Of a stretch of 64,000 nt of DNA, positions 35,101-47,033 are shown one piece after another. Positions within the stretch are counted from its first letter, which is position 1, and each line of letters starts with the position of its first letter. This DNA comes from an uncultured Rikenella sp. (lineage in GTDB: Bacteria > Bacteroidota > Bacteroidia > Bacteroidales > VadinHA17). A model generated the notes under the pieces. The model saw only the letters and a program-made list of their open reading frames with translations, ran no database searches and was not told the origin of the DNA. A program made the translations under genes and the position numbers. The DNA is taken from the NCBI GenBank assembly GCA_964411345.1, contig CAYPKP010000005.1, positions 2,189 through 66,188 on the forward strand, read 5' to 3'.

Positions 35101-36558
35101 ATGAAACGAAAACTTCCATTACGAATGGCAATAAGAATCCTGCATGCAGTCATCATTGCCATTGCCACCTCAACAGGCCTCAGCGGCCAGCAAAAGGCCA
35201 TGGATAACATCCTGGCAGACACCACCCTCACCGGAACATCGTGGTCCGTATGTTTTGCAGACGCCGTAACCGGCGAGATGATCTTCGGCCACGACGCCAC
35301 CCGCAACCTCGCCTCCGCCTCCGTCATGAAGCTCTACCCCACCTCAGTGGCACTCTTACTCCTGGGTCCCGACTACCGCTTTTCTACCAATGTTTATATC
35401 TCGGGAAAATTCAACAGCCGCCGGGGAATTGTTGCCGGCGATGTCGTAATCAGGGGCGCCGGTGACCCGGCACTGGGATCAGAGTACTTCAGCGATCACT
35501 ACGGAGATGTTGTTGGCCAGTGGACAGAAGCCTTGCTGGCTGCCGGTGTCAGACATGTCAGAGGCCGTGTTGCGGCAGCCCCGTCAATATATGATCTCAA
35601 TCCCGCCCCCTCCGGATGGTCGTGGGGCAACCTGGGTCAATACTACGGGGCAGGTGTCTATGATATCAATTTCAACGACAATAAATACAATATCTACATC
35701 ACCGGTTTCAATGAAGGATCCGCGGCGGTGATCGACTCTGTCGATATTTATGGCAGAGATATCCACCTGACGAACTATCTGACCTCGTCGGGCAGCAGTG
35801 ACAGGGGCTATGTCTACAGTACACCTTACTCCCATACCGCGTGGATAGCCGGAAGCGTGCCTGCCGACAGCAGCTTTGCACTTAAAGCATCCAACCCGGA
35901 TCCTCCGCTGACTGTTGTGCGACTGCTTGACCGGGCGATGCGGGATGCAGGCATCAGGATCGACGGCTCTCCCTCAGAAGCCAGGGCAACGGCAAGCCCT
36001 GAGGAGATGACACCTCTCTGTGTTACCCTCTCGCCCGCCCTGGCAGAGATTGTCAGGGTAACCAACCATGAAAGCGTCAACATGTATGCCGAGGCCATCA
36101 GAAAACACCTGGGATATGCACTCCTTGGAGAGGGCACCTTCAGTGCCGGAGGTGAAGTTGTAAGATCATTCCTTGACTCGATAGGATGCGAACCCTATGA
36201 AGCTGTCATTATTGACGGATCAGGACTCTCGGCCAACAACAACATCAGTGCGCTGATGACGGTGAGGCTGCTGGTGCATATGCACAACAGCAGCGCCACC
36301 GCTCCCTTCATCTCCTCCCTTCCCGAAGGAGCAGTATCTGGTACCATGAAAAGCTATTTCAGGGATGAGTTTTTCAGAGGCAGGGTCTTTGCCAAGACAG
36401 GAACCATCAGCAGCGCCAAGTCGTTTGCAGGCTATGTCACCACCGGCAGCGGAAGAAGGCTGGCATTCACCATGTTCGCCAACGGATTCACGGTGCCAAA
36501 CAGGATAATAACCGACTATATGGAAGCAGTTGTCAGGGAGATCATAGAAAATTACTGA
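35101..36558 (+). CDS. dacB: D-alanyl-D-alanine carboxypeptidase/endopeptidase (PBP4, S13 family)
   Basis: Signal peptide; SxxK active site (ASVMKLYPT); DGSGLS; KTGT(I) triad (AKTGTIS). Length is 485 aa. Confidence 0.85.
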   Translation: MKRKLPLRMAIRILHAVIIAIATSTGLSGQQKAMDNILADTTLTGTSWSVCFADAVTGEMIFGHDATRNLASASVMKLYPTSVALLLLGPDYRFSTNVYISGKFNSRRGIVAGDVVIRGAGDPALGSEYFSDHYGDVVGQWTEALLAAGVRHVRGRVAAAPSIYDLNPAPSGWSWGNLGQYYGAGVYDINFNDNKYNIYITGFNEGSAAVIDSVDIYGRDIHLTNYLTSSGSSDRGYVYSTPYSHTAWIAGSVPADSSFALKASNPDPPLTVVRLLDRAMRDAGIRIDGSPSEARATASPEEMTPLCVTLSPALAEIVRVTNHESVNMYAEAIRKHLGYALLGEGTFSAGGEVVRSFLDSIGCEPYEAVIIDGSGLSANNNISALMTVRLLVHMHNSSATAPFISSLPEGAVSGTMKSYFRDEFFRGRVFAKTGTISSAKSFAGYVTTGSGRRLAFTMFANGFTVPNRIITDYMEAVVREIIENY

Positions 36559-36644
36559 CCCTGATGACAGTGACGGCAAGTCAGAACTTTTCTCCTTACT
36601 TTTTGTTTTAATATACTTTAACATAAAAACCTCTCATAAACCGC

Positions 36645-36652
36645 TAATTTTG
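36645..36652 (+). promoter_or_regulatory. Candidate -7 promoter box TAATTTTG for the RND efflux operon
   Basis: Exact match to the TAnnTTTG consensus, 28 nt upstream of the ATG at 36681. No well-spaced -33 TTTG is present. Confidence 0.3.
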
Positions 36653-36680
36653 CGGTTTCTATGAGTGATTTGCTACAAGG

Positions 36681-37889
36681 ATGAAAAAAGGAATAAAGAT
36701 TGCCCTGTGGGTCAGCATACCGCTGATAATTGCAATATGGTTCGGAGGTCCGCGGCTGGGCCTCTGGGGTGACAGGGACCTGAAAAAAGGTTCTGCGGCT
36801 CCCTCCGGGGAGGCACAGGCGGTGCGTCAGGCAGACGGTGAGCCACAGGGTCAGCCACAGGGTCAGCCACAGGGCCAGGCGCAGGGTCAGTCGCAGCCCG
36901 GGGGAGGTCCGGGTGGCAACCCTTCGGGCGGTGGCGCTTCGCGTGGCGGACTCCTTCCGGTAAACGGAACCATAGCAAGGCCTTCCTATCTTACCAGCGG
37001 CATCAGGTCAGCCGGCTCACTGCTTGCCAACGAAGAGGTGGATATCGTCAGCAAGGTGCCCGGCAAAGTCACCGGCGTATTTTTCAAGGAGGGAAGCAGG
37101 GTGAAGAAAGGCGATCTGCTGGTGAAGATCTACGACGAAGACCTGCAGGCTCAGCTTCGCCGGTCGGAGATACAGGAGAAGCTTCTTGCCGAGAAGCTGG
37201 AACGCCAGAGAGTGCTGCTGGAGAAAGATGCCGTGAGCAGGGAGTCATTCGACCAGCTTCAGACAGACTATAATGTTATACTTGCCGACATGAACCTCCT
37301 CAGGGTGAGGATAGCGGAAACCGAGGTAAGGGCTCCGTTTGACGGGGTAATAGGATTTCGGTACGTCAGTGAGGGCACCTATGTGCAGCCTTCCGTCAAG
37401 ATAGCCCACCTGATTGATCCCTCAACCCTCAAGCTCCAGTTTGCCATCTCGGAAAAGTACATTGCGGAAGATCTGATGGGCAAACGGATTGCATTCGAGA
37501 CCGAGGGTTACAGGGAGGAGTTCTTTGCCACTGTTTATGCCATTGACTACCGTATAGATGAAACGACCAGGACCATCGGTCTGAGAGCCCGTTACAACAA
37601 CAGGGACGGACGGCTGGTACCTGGTATGTTCGCCTCGCTGACGCTTATCACCGATGAGAAGCAGAATGCCATACAGGTGCCGACGGAATCCATAGTGCCC
37701 GAGATGAATGAGAAGAAAATATGGGTGGTGAAAAACGGCAGGGCTTCCCTTGTTCCGGTCGTCACCGGTACCCGCACCGCAACAATGATCGAGGTGCTCT
37801 CCGGACTCTCTGCAGGCGACACCGTGCTTACCACCGGACTTATGCAGCTTAGGGACAATATGCCTGTCAGGGTTAACATAACGGATTAG
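36681..37889 (+). CDS. RND efflux periplasmic adaptor (membrane fusion protein)
   Basis: N-terminal TM segment, a low-complexity linker, then lipoyl/hairpin/beta-barrel MFP motifs (VTGVFFKEGSRVKKGDLLVKI; EVRAPFDGVIG). Confidence 0.9.
   Translation: MKKGIKIALWVSIPLIIAIWFGGPRLGLWGDRDLKKGSAAPSGEAQAVRQADGEPQGQPQGQPQGQAQGQSQPGGGPGGNPSGGGASRGGLLPVNGTIARPSYLTSGIRSAGSLLANEEVDIVSKVPGKVTGVFFKEGSRVKKGDLLVKIYDEDLQAQLRRSEIQEKLLAEKLERQRVLLEKDAVSRESFDQLQTDYNVILADMNLLRVRIAETEVRAPFDGVIGFRYVSEGTYVQPSVKIAHLIDPSTLKLQFAISEKYIAEDLMGKRIAFETEGYREEFFATVYAIDYRIDETTRTIGLRARYNNRDGRLVPGMFASLTLITDEKQNAIQVPTESIVPEMNEKKIWVVKNGRASLVPVVTGTRTATMIEVLSGLSAGDTVLTTGLMQLRDNMPVRVNITD
36837..36896. repeat. In-frame 12-bp tandem repeat x5 (GGTSAGCCACAG-like) encoding (G-E/Q-P/A/S-Q)5
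   Basis: Read directly. It lies inside the adaptor linker (GEPQGQPQGQPQGQAQGQSQ). Confidence 0.9.
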
Positions 37890-37927
37890 CACCGGACGAT
37901 CACGGCGGCCTACAACTGAAGAAAAAG

Positions 37928-40900
37928 ATGAGTCTATCGTCATTAAGCATACAGAGACCGGTACTTGCCACGGTGATGGCGCTGGTGATACTCATTCTCG
38001 GAGGTATCGGATATACCTTCCTCGGAGTGAGGGATTACCCGAGCGTTGACCCTGCGATAGTGACAGTGTCAACCTCTTTCCCCGGGGCCAACTCAGACGT
38101 AATCGAGACACAGATAACCGAGCCTCTTGAGTCTGCCATTAACAGTGTGCAGGGAATACGCTCCATTTCGAGCTCCAGCAGTGACGGATCCTCGCGCATC
38201 ACCGTGGAGTTCAAGCTGGAGGTGGATATGGAGACTGCCGTCAACGACGTCCGCGACAAGGTCTCAGGCGCCATGCGACGCCTTCCGCAGGATGTTGACC
38301 CGCCGGTGGTGCAGAAAGCCGACGCTGATGCCCAGCCTATATTCGCAGTAACACTTCGCAGCGACAGCAGGTCTATAATTGACGTCAGCACCTACGCCGA
38401 GATCAACTTCAAGGAGAGGATGCAGACCATCTCGGGTGTCAGTGCTGTGGGAGTGTGGGGATCCAAGAAGCTCTCCATCAGGATGAAGATGGACCCCGCA
38501 AGACTGGCAGCCTACGGCCTCACGCCACTGGATGTGCGGACCGCTGTAACACGCGAAAACATAGAACTTCCCTCGGGAAGGATCGAGGGAGACAACACTG
38601 AGCTTACAATCCGGACCCTGGGCAGGCTGCGCACCGTTGACGAGTTCAATGACCTGATCATTGCAAAGAGCGGCGACAGGGTGGTGAAATTCAGTGATAT
38701 AGGTATAGCCGAGATCGACGCTGAGAATATCCGGTCACACCTGACGAGCAACGGCAAGCCGGCAGTAAACGTAGTTCTGGTACCACAGCCCGGTGCCAAT
38801 TACATCGAGATCGTCGATGAAGCAATGGTGATGCTGGAACAGCTCAAGAAAGACCTGCCGGAAGATATCACCACCGAGATACTCTTTGACAATACACTCT
38901 ATATCCGGGAATCAATCAAGGAGGTAAAGAACACCATCTTCATAGCATTTATGCTGGTGGTGCTGGTCATCTTCCTCTTCCTGCGCAACTGGAGGACAAC
39001 ACTCATACCGGTCATTGCCATACCTGTAGCACTCATCGGGGCATTCTTCGTGATGTACATTGCCGACTTCACCATTAACATCCTGACGCTCTTTGCCATT
39101 GTGCTGGCCATCGGCCTGGTGGTTGACGATGCCATCGTGGTTGTGGAAAACATATACACAAAGGTCGAAAAGGGGATGAAGCCCAGGGAGGCTGCCCTTA
39201 CGGGCTCACGTGAGATATTCTTTGCCATCATCGCCACCACCGTAGCCCTGGTAGCCGTCTTCTTCCCGATAGTCTTTCTCCAGGGAGTGACCGGCAGGCT
39301 CTTCAGGGAGTTCAGCCTGGTGATTGTGGGAGCAGTGGTAATATCCTCCTTCCTGGCACTGACGCTTACTCCCATGGTCTCATCCAGGGTGCTCAAGCAC
39401 GATGCCATGGAAGGCCGTTTCTACCGGTCCACCGAGCCGTTCTTCAGCGGCATGATAAATCTCTACCGCAGGTGGATAACAGGTTTTCTCAAGAGAAGAT
39501 ACTGGGCTCTTGTCATTATTGTGGCTGCCGGCGTGCTGATAGGAATATTCTGGACGCAGTTGCCGTCAGAGATGGCGCCGCTGGAAGACCGAGGTTATGT
39601 AAACATCAGTGCCAGAGCCACTGAGGGCACCTCCTACGACTACATGACTGCCTATATGGACAGGCTCTATCCGGTGGTGCAGGAGAACGTTCCCGAGAGT
39701 GACAACATCATGATGATGGTAGGCATGGGAGGAACCAACAGCGCCAACATGAGGGTCAGGCTCTCCGACCGCCGTGACCGCAAGCGGTCGCAGCAGGAGA
39801 TTGCGGCCTCATTGTCTCCGGTGCTCAGGCAATATACCGGCGCCCGCACCATTGTGTCACAGCAGCAGACCTTCGGCTCACGCCGCGGCGGACTCCCTGT
39901 GCAGTACGTCATTCAGGCCAAAAACCTTAACGACCTGAAGAGGGTTATACCCGACTTCATGGCTGAAGTATCGGAGAGCCCGTACTTCTCAGCCAGCGAC
40001 GTGAACCTGAAGTTCACCAAGCCTGAGCTTACCGTCCTCATCAACAGGGAGAAGGCTTCCATGATGGGAGTCAACGTTCAGAACATTGCACAGACACTCC
40101 AGCTCACCATGAGTGAACAGCGTATCGGTTATTACATCCTCAACGGCAAGCAGTACCAGATCTTCAGCCAGTTCGACAAGTCGAAGCGCAATGACCCGTA
40201 TGATCTCACCAGCACCTATGTACGAAACGACAAGGGTCAGCTGATACAGCTCGACAATATCGTCGAAATACGCGAGAGCAGCCTGCCGCCGCAGCTCTAC
40301 AGGTACAACAGGTTCGTGTCGGCCACCGTCTCGGCAGGCCTCGAAGGAAGATACACTCTCGGTGAAGGCATAGAAGAGATGGACAGGATAGCTGCCAGGG
40401 TGCTCGATGAAAACTTCAGCACTACTCTTTCGGGGGACTCCAAGGATTTCGTGGAGAGCACATCCAGCCTGCTCTTTGCATTCGTCCTGGCCATTGTGCT
40501 CATCTATCTCGTTCTCTCGGCACAGTTCGAGAGCTTCCGTGACCCTGTGATCATCCTGGTTACCGTGCCGCTCGCCCTTATCGGTGCACTGTTTATCATG
40601 GTCGTCACAGGCCAGACCCTCAATATTTTCAGCCAGATAGGACTGATCATGCTCATAGGCATGGTGGCCAAGAACGGGATACTTATCGTCGAGTTTGCCA
40701 ACCAGAGACAGCAGGCAGGGCTCAGCATCATGGATGCTGCCCGCGAGGCCGCCGTGGCACGCTTCCGCCCGGTGCTTATGACAAGCCTCACCACCATCCT
40801 TGGCATCCTGCCTCTGGCCCTGGCCTCGGGGGCAGGCGCCGAGAGCCGCATCTCAATGGGCGTCACGGTGGTGGGCGGTATGTTCTTCGCCACCTTCCTG

Positions 40901-40987
40901 ACTCTCTTTGTGGTACCATCCATCTACAGCTACCTCGCCGGAAAGAAAAATGCAGAAAAAAGCAGCAATGAGCAACCCAAGGCTTAG
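37928..40987 (+). CDS. RND efflux transporter permease (AcrB/HAE1-like)
   Basis: 1019 aa with a 12-TM layout and two large periplasmic loops. Family-typical N-terminus MSLSSLSIQRPVLATVMALVILILG and TM4 region AIGLVVDDAIVVVENI. Confidence 0.95.
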   Translation: MSLSSLSIQRPVLATVMALVILILGGIGYTFLGVRDYPSVDPAIVTVSTSFPGANSDVIETQITEPLESAINSVQGIRSISSSSSDGSSRITVEFKLEVDMETAVNDVRDKVSGAMRRLPQDVDPPVVQKADADAQPIFAVTLRSDSRSIIDVSTYAEINFKERMQTISGVSAVGVWGSKKLSIRMKMDPARLAAYGLTPLDVRTAVTRENIELPSGRIEGDNTELTIRTLGRLRTVDEFNDLIIAKSGDRVVKFSDIGIAEIDAENIRSHLTSNGKPAVNVVLVPQPGANYIEIVDEAMVMLEQLKKDLPEDITTEILFDNTLYIRESIKEVKNTIFIAFMLVVLVIFLFLRNWRTTLIPVIAIPVALIGAFFVMYIADFTINILTLFAIVLAIGLVVDDAIVVVENIYTKVEKGMKPREAALTGSREIFFAIIATTVALVAVFFPIVFLQGVTGRLFREFSLVIVGAVVISSFLALTLTPMVSSRVLKHDAMEGRFYRSTEPFFSGMINLYRRWITGFLKRRYWALVIIVAAGVLIGIFWTQLPSEMAPLEDRGYVNISARATEGTSYDYMTAYMDRLYPVVQENVPESDNIMMMVGMGGTNSANMRVRLSDRRDRKRSQQEIAASLSPVLRQYTGARTIVSQQQTFGSRRGGLPVQYVIQAKNLNDLKRVIPDFMAEVSESPYFSASDVNLKFTKPELTVLINREKASMMGVNVQNIAQTLQLTMSEQRIGYYILNGKQYQIFSQFDKSKRNDPYDLTSTYVRNDKGQLIQLDNIVEIRESSLPPQLYRYNRFVSATVSAGLEGRYTLGEGIEEMDRIAARVLDENFSTTLSGDSKDFVESTSSLLFAFVLAIVLIYLVLSAQFESFRDPVIILVTVPLALIGALFIMVVTGQTLNIFSQIGLIMLIGMVAKNGILIVEFANQRQQAGLSIMDAAREAAVARFRPVLMTSLTTILGILPLALASGAGAESRISMGVTVVGGMFFATFLTLFVVPSIYSYLAGKKNAEKSSNEQPKA

Positions 40988-42254
40988 CACCATGATACTT
41001 GTGCTCCTGCTGCCACTGGCCGCAGAAGCTCAGAAGACAATGACGCTCGATGAGGCCATTATGGTGGCCCTTGAGAACAACTACTCTCTCAAGATCAGCA
41101 GAAATGACCAGGCAATGGCAGAAAACAACGTCACCCTGGCACCCTTTCTTCCAACGGTTACCGGCACGGGACGCCAGTCGCAGACAAGCAATGATGTAAT
41201 ATCATCCTCATCAGAAGCAGAAAGGAGCAGGACAAATCTCTATTCTGCCGGCGTTGCCCTCAACTGGAAGCTGTTTGACGGGCTGGGCATGTTCACTGCC
41301 TACAGCCGCCAGCAGGAGCTGCTGGCCATGAGCAGCCAGAGAGTCAGGATAAACGTTGAGAACCTGGTCATGAGTGTCTGCTCGGAATACTACAATATCA
41401 TTGTTCAGCAGAACAGGATGGAGTCGGCCCTTACCTCCCTGGCTCTCTCCAAGTCACGGTATGAGAATGCCGAGGAGAAATATATGCTGGGTGTCATATC
41501 TGGACTCGACCTGCAGCAGGCGAAGATAGACCTCAACGCCGACAGCTCCGCGGTGCTGTCGCAGCAGGAGACGGTCATCAGCGCATACATACGGCTGACC
41601 AACCTTCTCAGTACGGGCCATGAGATCGACTTCAACATACGTGACTCAATCATCCTGGCCCCTGACATGGATATCGATTCACTCCGGGCCCGGACATTGA
41701 AGTACAATAACCAATTGTTGCTTGCACAGCAGGGAGAGAGGCTCTCCGAATATGACCTGGCAGCCGTAAGGGCTTTGCGCTATCCCACCCTGAGCTTCAG
41801 CACCGGGTATAACTACAGCCGCAATGAATACCCGTGGTCGGCAGGCTCCTTCAACCAGACTAACGGCCTCAACTGGGGCTTCAACATGTCATGGAACATC
41901 TTCTCCGGGTTCGAAACCAACAGGAGGATGGCCAACGCCAGGCTTGAAAATGAGAACAGCAAACTGGCATACCTCGACATAGAGTATGAGATCATGGGAG
42001 AGCTGGACCTGCTATACAATACCTACCTGAACAATATCACGGTTACCAACTTCGAAACCGAGAGTGCGGAACTGGCCAGGGCATCCCTGGAGATCGCCAT
42101 GGAGCGTTACCGGCTCGGCTCACTGTCAGGACTCGAATTCCGTGAGTACCAGAACAACTATCTCAACGCCATAAACAGAAGGCTTACGGCACTGTACCAG
42201 GCAAAAATCTCCGAGATCGCGCTGAGACTTCTTGCCGGAGAGCTTACTGAATAA
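40950..42254 (+). CDS. TolC-family outer membrane efflux protein
   Basis: Signal peptide ...MILVLLLPLAAEAQ, then TLDEAIMVALENNYSLK and a two-repeat OEP layout. The start is ambiguous (ATG at 40950, 40968 or 40992) and overlaps or abuts the permease stop. Confidence 0.85.
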   Translation: MQKKAAMSNPRLSTMILVLLLPLAAEAQKTMTLDEAIMVALENNYSLKISRNDQAMAENNVTLAPFLPTVTGTGRQSQTSNDVISSSSEAERSRTNLYSAGVALNWKLFDGLGMFTAYSRQQELLAMSSQRVRINVENLVMSVCSEYYNIIVQQNRMESALTSLALSKSRYENAEEKYMLGVISGLDLQQAKIDLNADSSAVLSQQETVISAYIRLTNLLSTGHEIDFNIRDSIILAPDMDIDSLRARTLKYNNQLLLAQQGERLSEYDLAAVRALRYPTLSFSTGYNYSRNEYPWSAGSFNQTNGLNWGFNMSWNIFSGFETNRRMANARLENENSKLAYLDIEYEIMGELDLLYNTYLNNITVTNFETESAELARASLEIAMERYRLGSLSGLEFREYQNNYLNAINRRLTALYQAKISEIALRLLAGELTE

Positions 42255-42388
42255 GACCCTGCCCGCCGGGTCCGCTGAAGGCCTTCGAATCAGGCATGCA
42301 TCCTGTTTAGAGACTGCAGCGGAGAAATCCCGGTTCCCTGTCTGTATGAAGCATGTAGCGGCATAACTCCGGCCCGGAGCCGTAGCGC

Positions 42389-43018
42389 TTATCGAGCAGG
42401 GCTGCTCTTCCTGCTCCTGTAGGCCTTGAAACCTTTCCACGACAGCCAAATGACAAACAGCGCCCCCAGCGCGTACATCACCCAGTCGAGATAAGGAAGT
42501 ATATGGTCCCTCATGTCATAGGCAAAATAGCCAATCAGGGCCAGGATTATGTTCCAGAGTCCGGCACCGAGAAAGGTATAGAGAAGGAATGTCCAGATAT
42601 TCATCCTTGCGAGACCGGCGGGGATTGATATGAGCTGGCGTACCGCCGGCACCAGCCTGCCTATGAAAGTTGAGGCCTTGCCGTGCTTGACGAAGTACTT
42701 CTCGGCATTCTCCACGCTGGTGCGACTGATCAGCAGGGCATGAGCCCACTTCGTTTCAGCCAGCCGGTATAACAGAGGTCTGCCGAGCCAGATCGACAGA
42801 TAGTAATTGATGATTGCACCGGTCATTGCTCCTGCGGTGGATGCCAGCAACACCCCGGTCATCGTCAGCGAGCCCTCCCCTGCCTTCCAGGCAGCAAACG
42901 GAACCACTATTTCAGAGGGAAACGGCACAAATGAACTCTCAACGGTCATCAGAAGCCATATCGTAAAATAGTTCAGGTTGGCCATGTACCACTCAAAAAC
43001 AGTCTGAAATATCTCCAT
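42389..43018 (-). CDS. DedA/VTT-domain family membrane protein
   Basis: LLMTVESSFVPFPSEIVVPFAAW and FIGRLVPAVRQLISIPAG are DedA signatures. Confidence 0.85.
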   Translation of the reverse strand: MEIFQTVFEWYMANLNYFTIWLLMTVESSFVPFPSEIVVPFAAWKAGEGSLTMTGVLLASTAGAMTGAIINYYLSIWLGRPLLYRLAETKWAHALLISRTSVENAEKYFVKHGKASTFIGRLVPAVRQLISIPAGLARMNIWTFLLYTFLGAGLWNIILALIGYFAYDMRDHILPYLDWVMYALGALFVIWLSWKGFKAYRSRKSSPAR

Positions 43019-43025
43019 GCTAAAT

Positions 43026-43056
43026 AAGTCTGTAAAGTCTAAAGTCCGTAAAGTCT
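43026..43056. repeat. Short tandem tract AAGTCT GTAAAGTCT AAAGTCC GTAAAGTCT
   Basis: Read directly. AAGTC recurs with 9/7/9-nt spacing. Confidence 0.85.
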
Positions 43057-43092
43057 ATTGTTCTGTCGAGCCAGGTTATTTACAATCTATGG

Positions 43093-43127
43093 TCTTAATT
43101 CTTAATTCTTAATTCTTAATTCTTAAT
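43093..43127. repeat. Perfect heptamer array (TCTTAAT)x5
   Basis: Read directly. Confidence 0.95.
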
Positions 43128-43143
43128 TCAAATTACCACTGCT

Positions 43144-43171
43144 GACTGTAGACTGCCGACTGCCGACTGAA
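43144..43171. repeat. Heptamer array GACTGTA GACTGCC GACTGCC GACTGAA
   Basis: Read directly. It abuts the gyrB stop codon (43172-43174). 43151-43168 is the exact reverse complement of 803-820. Confidence 0.95.
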
Positions 43172-45178
<2,007 letters not shown>

Positions 45179-45322
45179 TTAGTTGAAAAAATATGTTTTA
45201 AAGGTTTGATAATATGTCAATTATAAAATCACACAAAGGTAGCAAAAAGTACTTAAATACCTCCTCAAAGGCAACATATAAATGAGATAGATATGAACAA
45301 TCGCTGCCGTTTTACCGACACA

Positions 45323-47014
45323 CTAGAGGCTGTAGGTAAATCCGCCCAGAATCATGAAATTGCGTGATGGATAGTAGTTCCATTCGAAGTACCGGTTGTA
45401 TGAAATATTATTGCAGCGGAGCCAGAAGGAGATGTCTGGTGTATAACGGTATTCAGCGCCCAGGTTCAGGTTGGGGTGCACCGGAAGTGTGACGATATCC
45501 CTGGGGGCCTTTACGAGTGCATGCCTCACTCCTGTCAGTGAGAATGCAGCCGAGGCTATTATCTTGTTTCTGAGATTGTAATCTGCCTTCAGTGATCCGT
45601 CCCAGTCAGGCTTATGCCAGGCATACTCTTCACCAGACATATCATACCCGTACCAGTTGCCTGCCACCGAGAGGGTCAGCTGCCTGTTGACCGGGTACTT
45701 GACCTCACCGTGAACCTTCAGCAGGCTGCCGTCGTCATAAACGGGCAGAAAGTAGTTGCCGACACCCGTTGTGTCATTCATGAAGAGCAGCATGTCCCTG
45801 AACATGGTATAGCTCAGACCCAGGGCATAGGTCGCCGTGACATTCAGATTGCCGGAGATGCCTGCCTTCACCCTGAGCTGGTTGTCGGTACTGCGGAGAG
45901 TGAAGAGGGTGTCTCCGGGCATCATCCATGGGTTGATGTATGCCGTATTGCGTGCCTGGTTGTTCTCAAGCCAGCCGTCAACCGCTGCAGTGAACCTGAG
46001 GAACTGAGGAACAACCCTGAATGTAAAGGAGACATCAGGGTAGAAATTCATATAGAGCTTTGTCTCCCCGCCCAGCAGAGGATCATAATTCTCCCTGAGA
46101 TCAGCGTTCACCTTTAGCCCGAACTTGAATCTCCAGTTATCGTTGCCCTTGGTGATATAGGGCTCCACGGCAAGCAGGTTGCGCGCTTTGCTGTCCACTC
46201 CCCTGGCAAAGAGATAGAGATCATAATTGAAGTCCACTCCGCCGTAGAGGCCGAACATGTTAGTGCCTCCCCTGGCCGCAAGCGACGGGTTATGCTGCAT
46301 TCCGTTGCCCTCGCGCATGAAGAGGTTGTAGCTCACCGTGGCATCCCAGTTGATATCGTTTGAGTCGGGTTCCATGGTGAAGTACCTCGCCCTGGCTGTG
46401 GCATCGTAATAGAGCGATCTGATATCCTTCCTGTCGGGATCATATCCGGTGACATCAGGGTCGTAGCCGTAGGCATAGCGCGTCATCTGCCTGAAATCGA
46501 TGTCCGTATCGAGACGACTCCTCCTGAAGTATTTCTTGCCGTAAAGAATCGCCTGGTTGTCAAGAAATCCTCCATAGACCCGGGCATCATTCTCCAGCTC
46601 TATCCTGGAGGCTGAGGCATAACTGCGGGTGAAGAGCCCGACACTGCCCTTTGCCGACCTTCCGTTTGATATGCTCACCTCGAGGAAGGGTGAAAGATAG
46701 GTGCCAAAGCCAAGGCTTACATAACCCTTCCTGATCTCTTCCAGCGGATCAGGCGACAGCACTGCTGACTTGATCGGGCTCACCTCGTATTCCGGGACAA
46801 AGGAGCCGGGGGTGAAGTCGTATGCAAAGGTGACCCTCACTGTCGAGGTGTCATCAGCCGACGGCAGCAGGGTGTGCTTGGCAGCAGCCTGCAATGTGGG
46901 CTTGTACGGGTTGTACAGTGTTACTGACCTCCTTATTGTCTCGTCTTTTGTCTGACCGCCGGCAACTAATGTGATCAGCATGGCAGCGGCGGCGAAATAT
47001 AACTTCTTGTTCAT
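45323..47014 (-). CDS. Putative outer-membrane beta-barrel protein, function unknown
   Basis: Signal peptide MNKKLYFAAAAMLITLVAGGQ. Alternating aromatic/polar beta-strand pattern throughout and a Gly/Tyr-rich C-terminus (...ILGGFTYSL). It lies 19 nt downstream of the TPR gene. Confidence 0.55.
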   Translation of the reverse strand: MNKKLYFAAAAMLITLVAGGQTKDETIRRSVTLYNPYKPTLQAAAKHTLLPSADDTSTVRVTFAYDFTPGSFVPEYEVSPIKSAVLSPDPLEEIRKGYVSLGFGTYLSPFLEVSISNGRSAKGSVGLFTRSYASASRIELENDARVYGGFLDNQAILYGKKYFRRSRLDTDIDFRQMTRYAYGYDPDVTGYDPDRKDIRSLYYDATARARYFTMEPDSNDINWDATVSYNLFMREGNGMQHNPSLAARGGTNMFGLYGGVDFNYDLYLFARGVDSKARNLLAVEPYITKGNDNWRFKFGLKVNADLRENYDPLLGGETKLYMNFYPDVSFTFRVVPQFLRFTAAVDGWLENNQARNTAYINPWMMPGDTLFTLRSTDNQLRVKAGISGNLNVTATYALGLSYTMFRDMLLFMNDTTGVGNYFLPVYDDGSLLKVHGEVKYPVNRQLTLSVAGNWYGYDMSGEEYAWHKPDWDGSLKADYNLRNKIIASAAFSLTGVRHALVKAPRDIVTLPVHPNLNLGAEYRYTPDISFWLRCNNISYNRYFEWNYYPSRNFMILGGFTYSL

Positions 47015-47033
47015 TGCTTTCTCCGGTTAATGA

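Noticed and set aside
36712-36978. 88-aa minus-strand ORF and the 53430-53708 minus-strand ORF
   Set aside because: Both are antisense to low-complexity repeat-coding regions (the adaptor GQPQ linker and the THX Lys/Ala tail), where repeats keep all frames open.
45234-45269. TACCTTTG -7-like box with an upstream TTTG as the gyrB promoter
   Set aside because: The spacer between the two boxes is 24 nt, longer than the 19-21 nt seen at the better candidates. I left it out.
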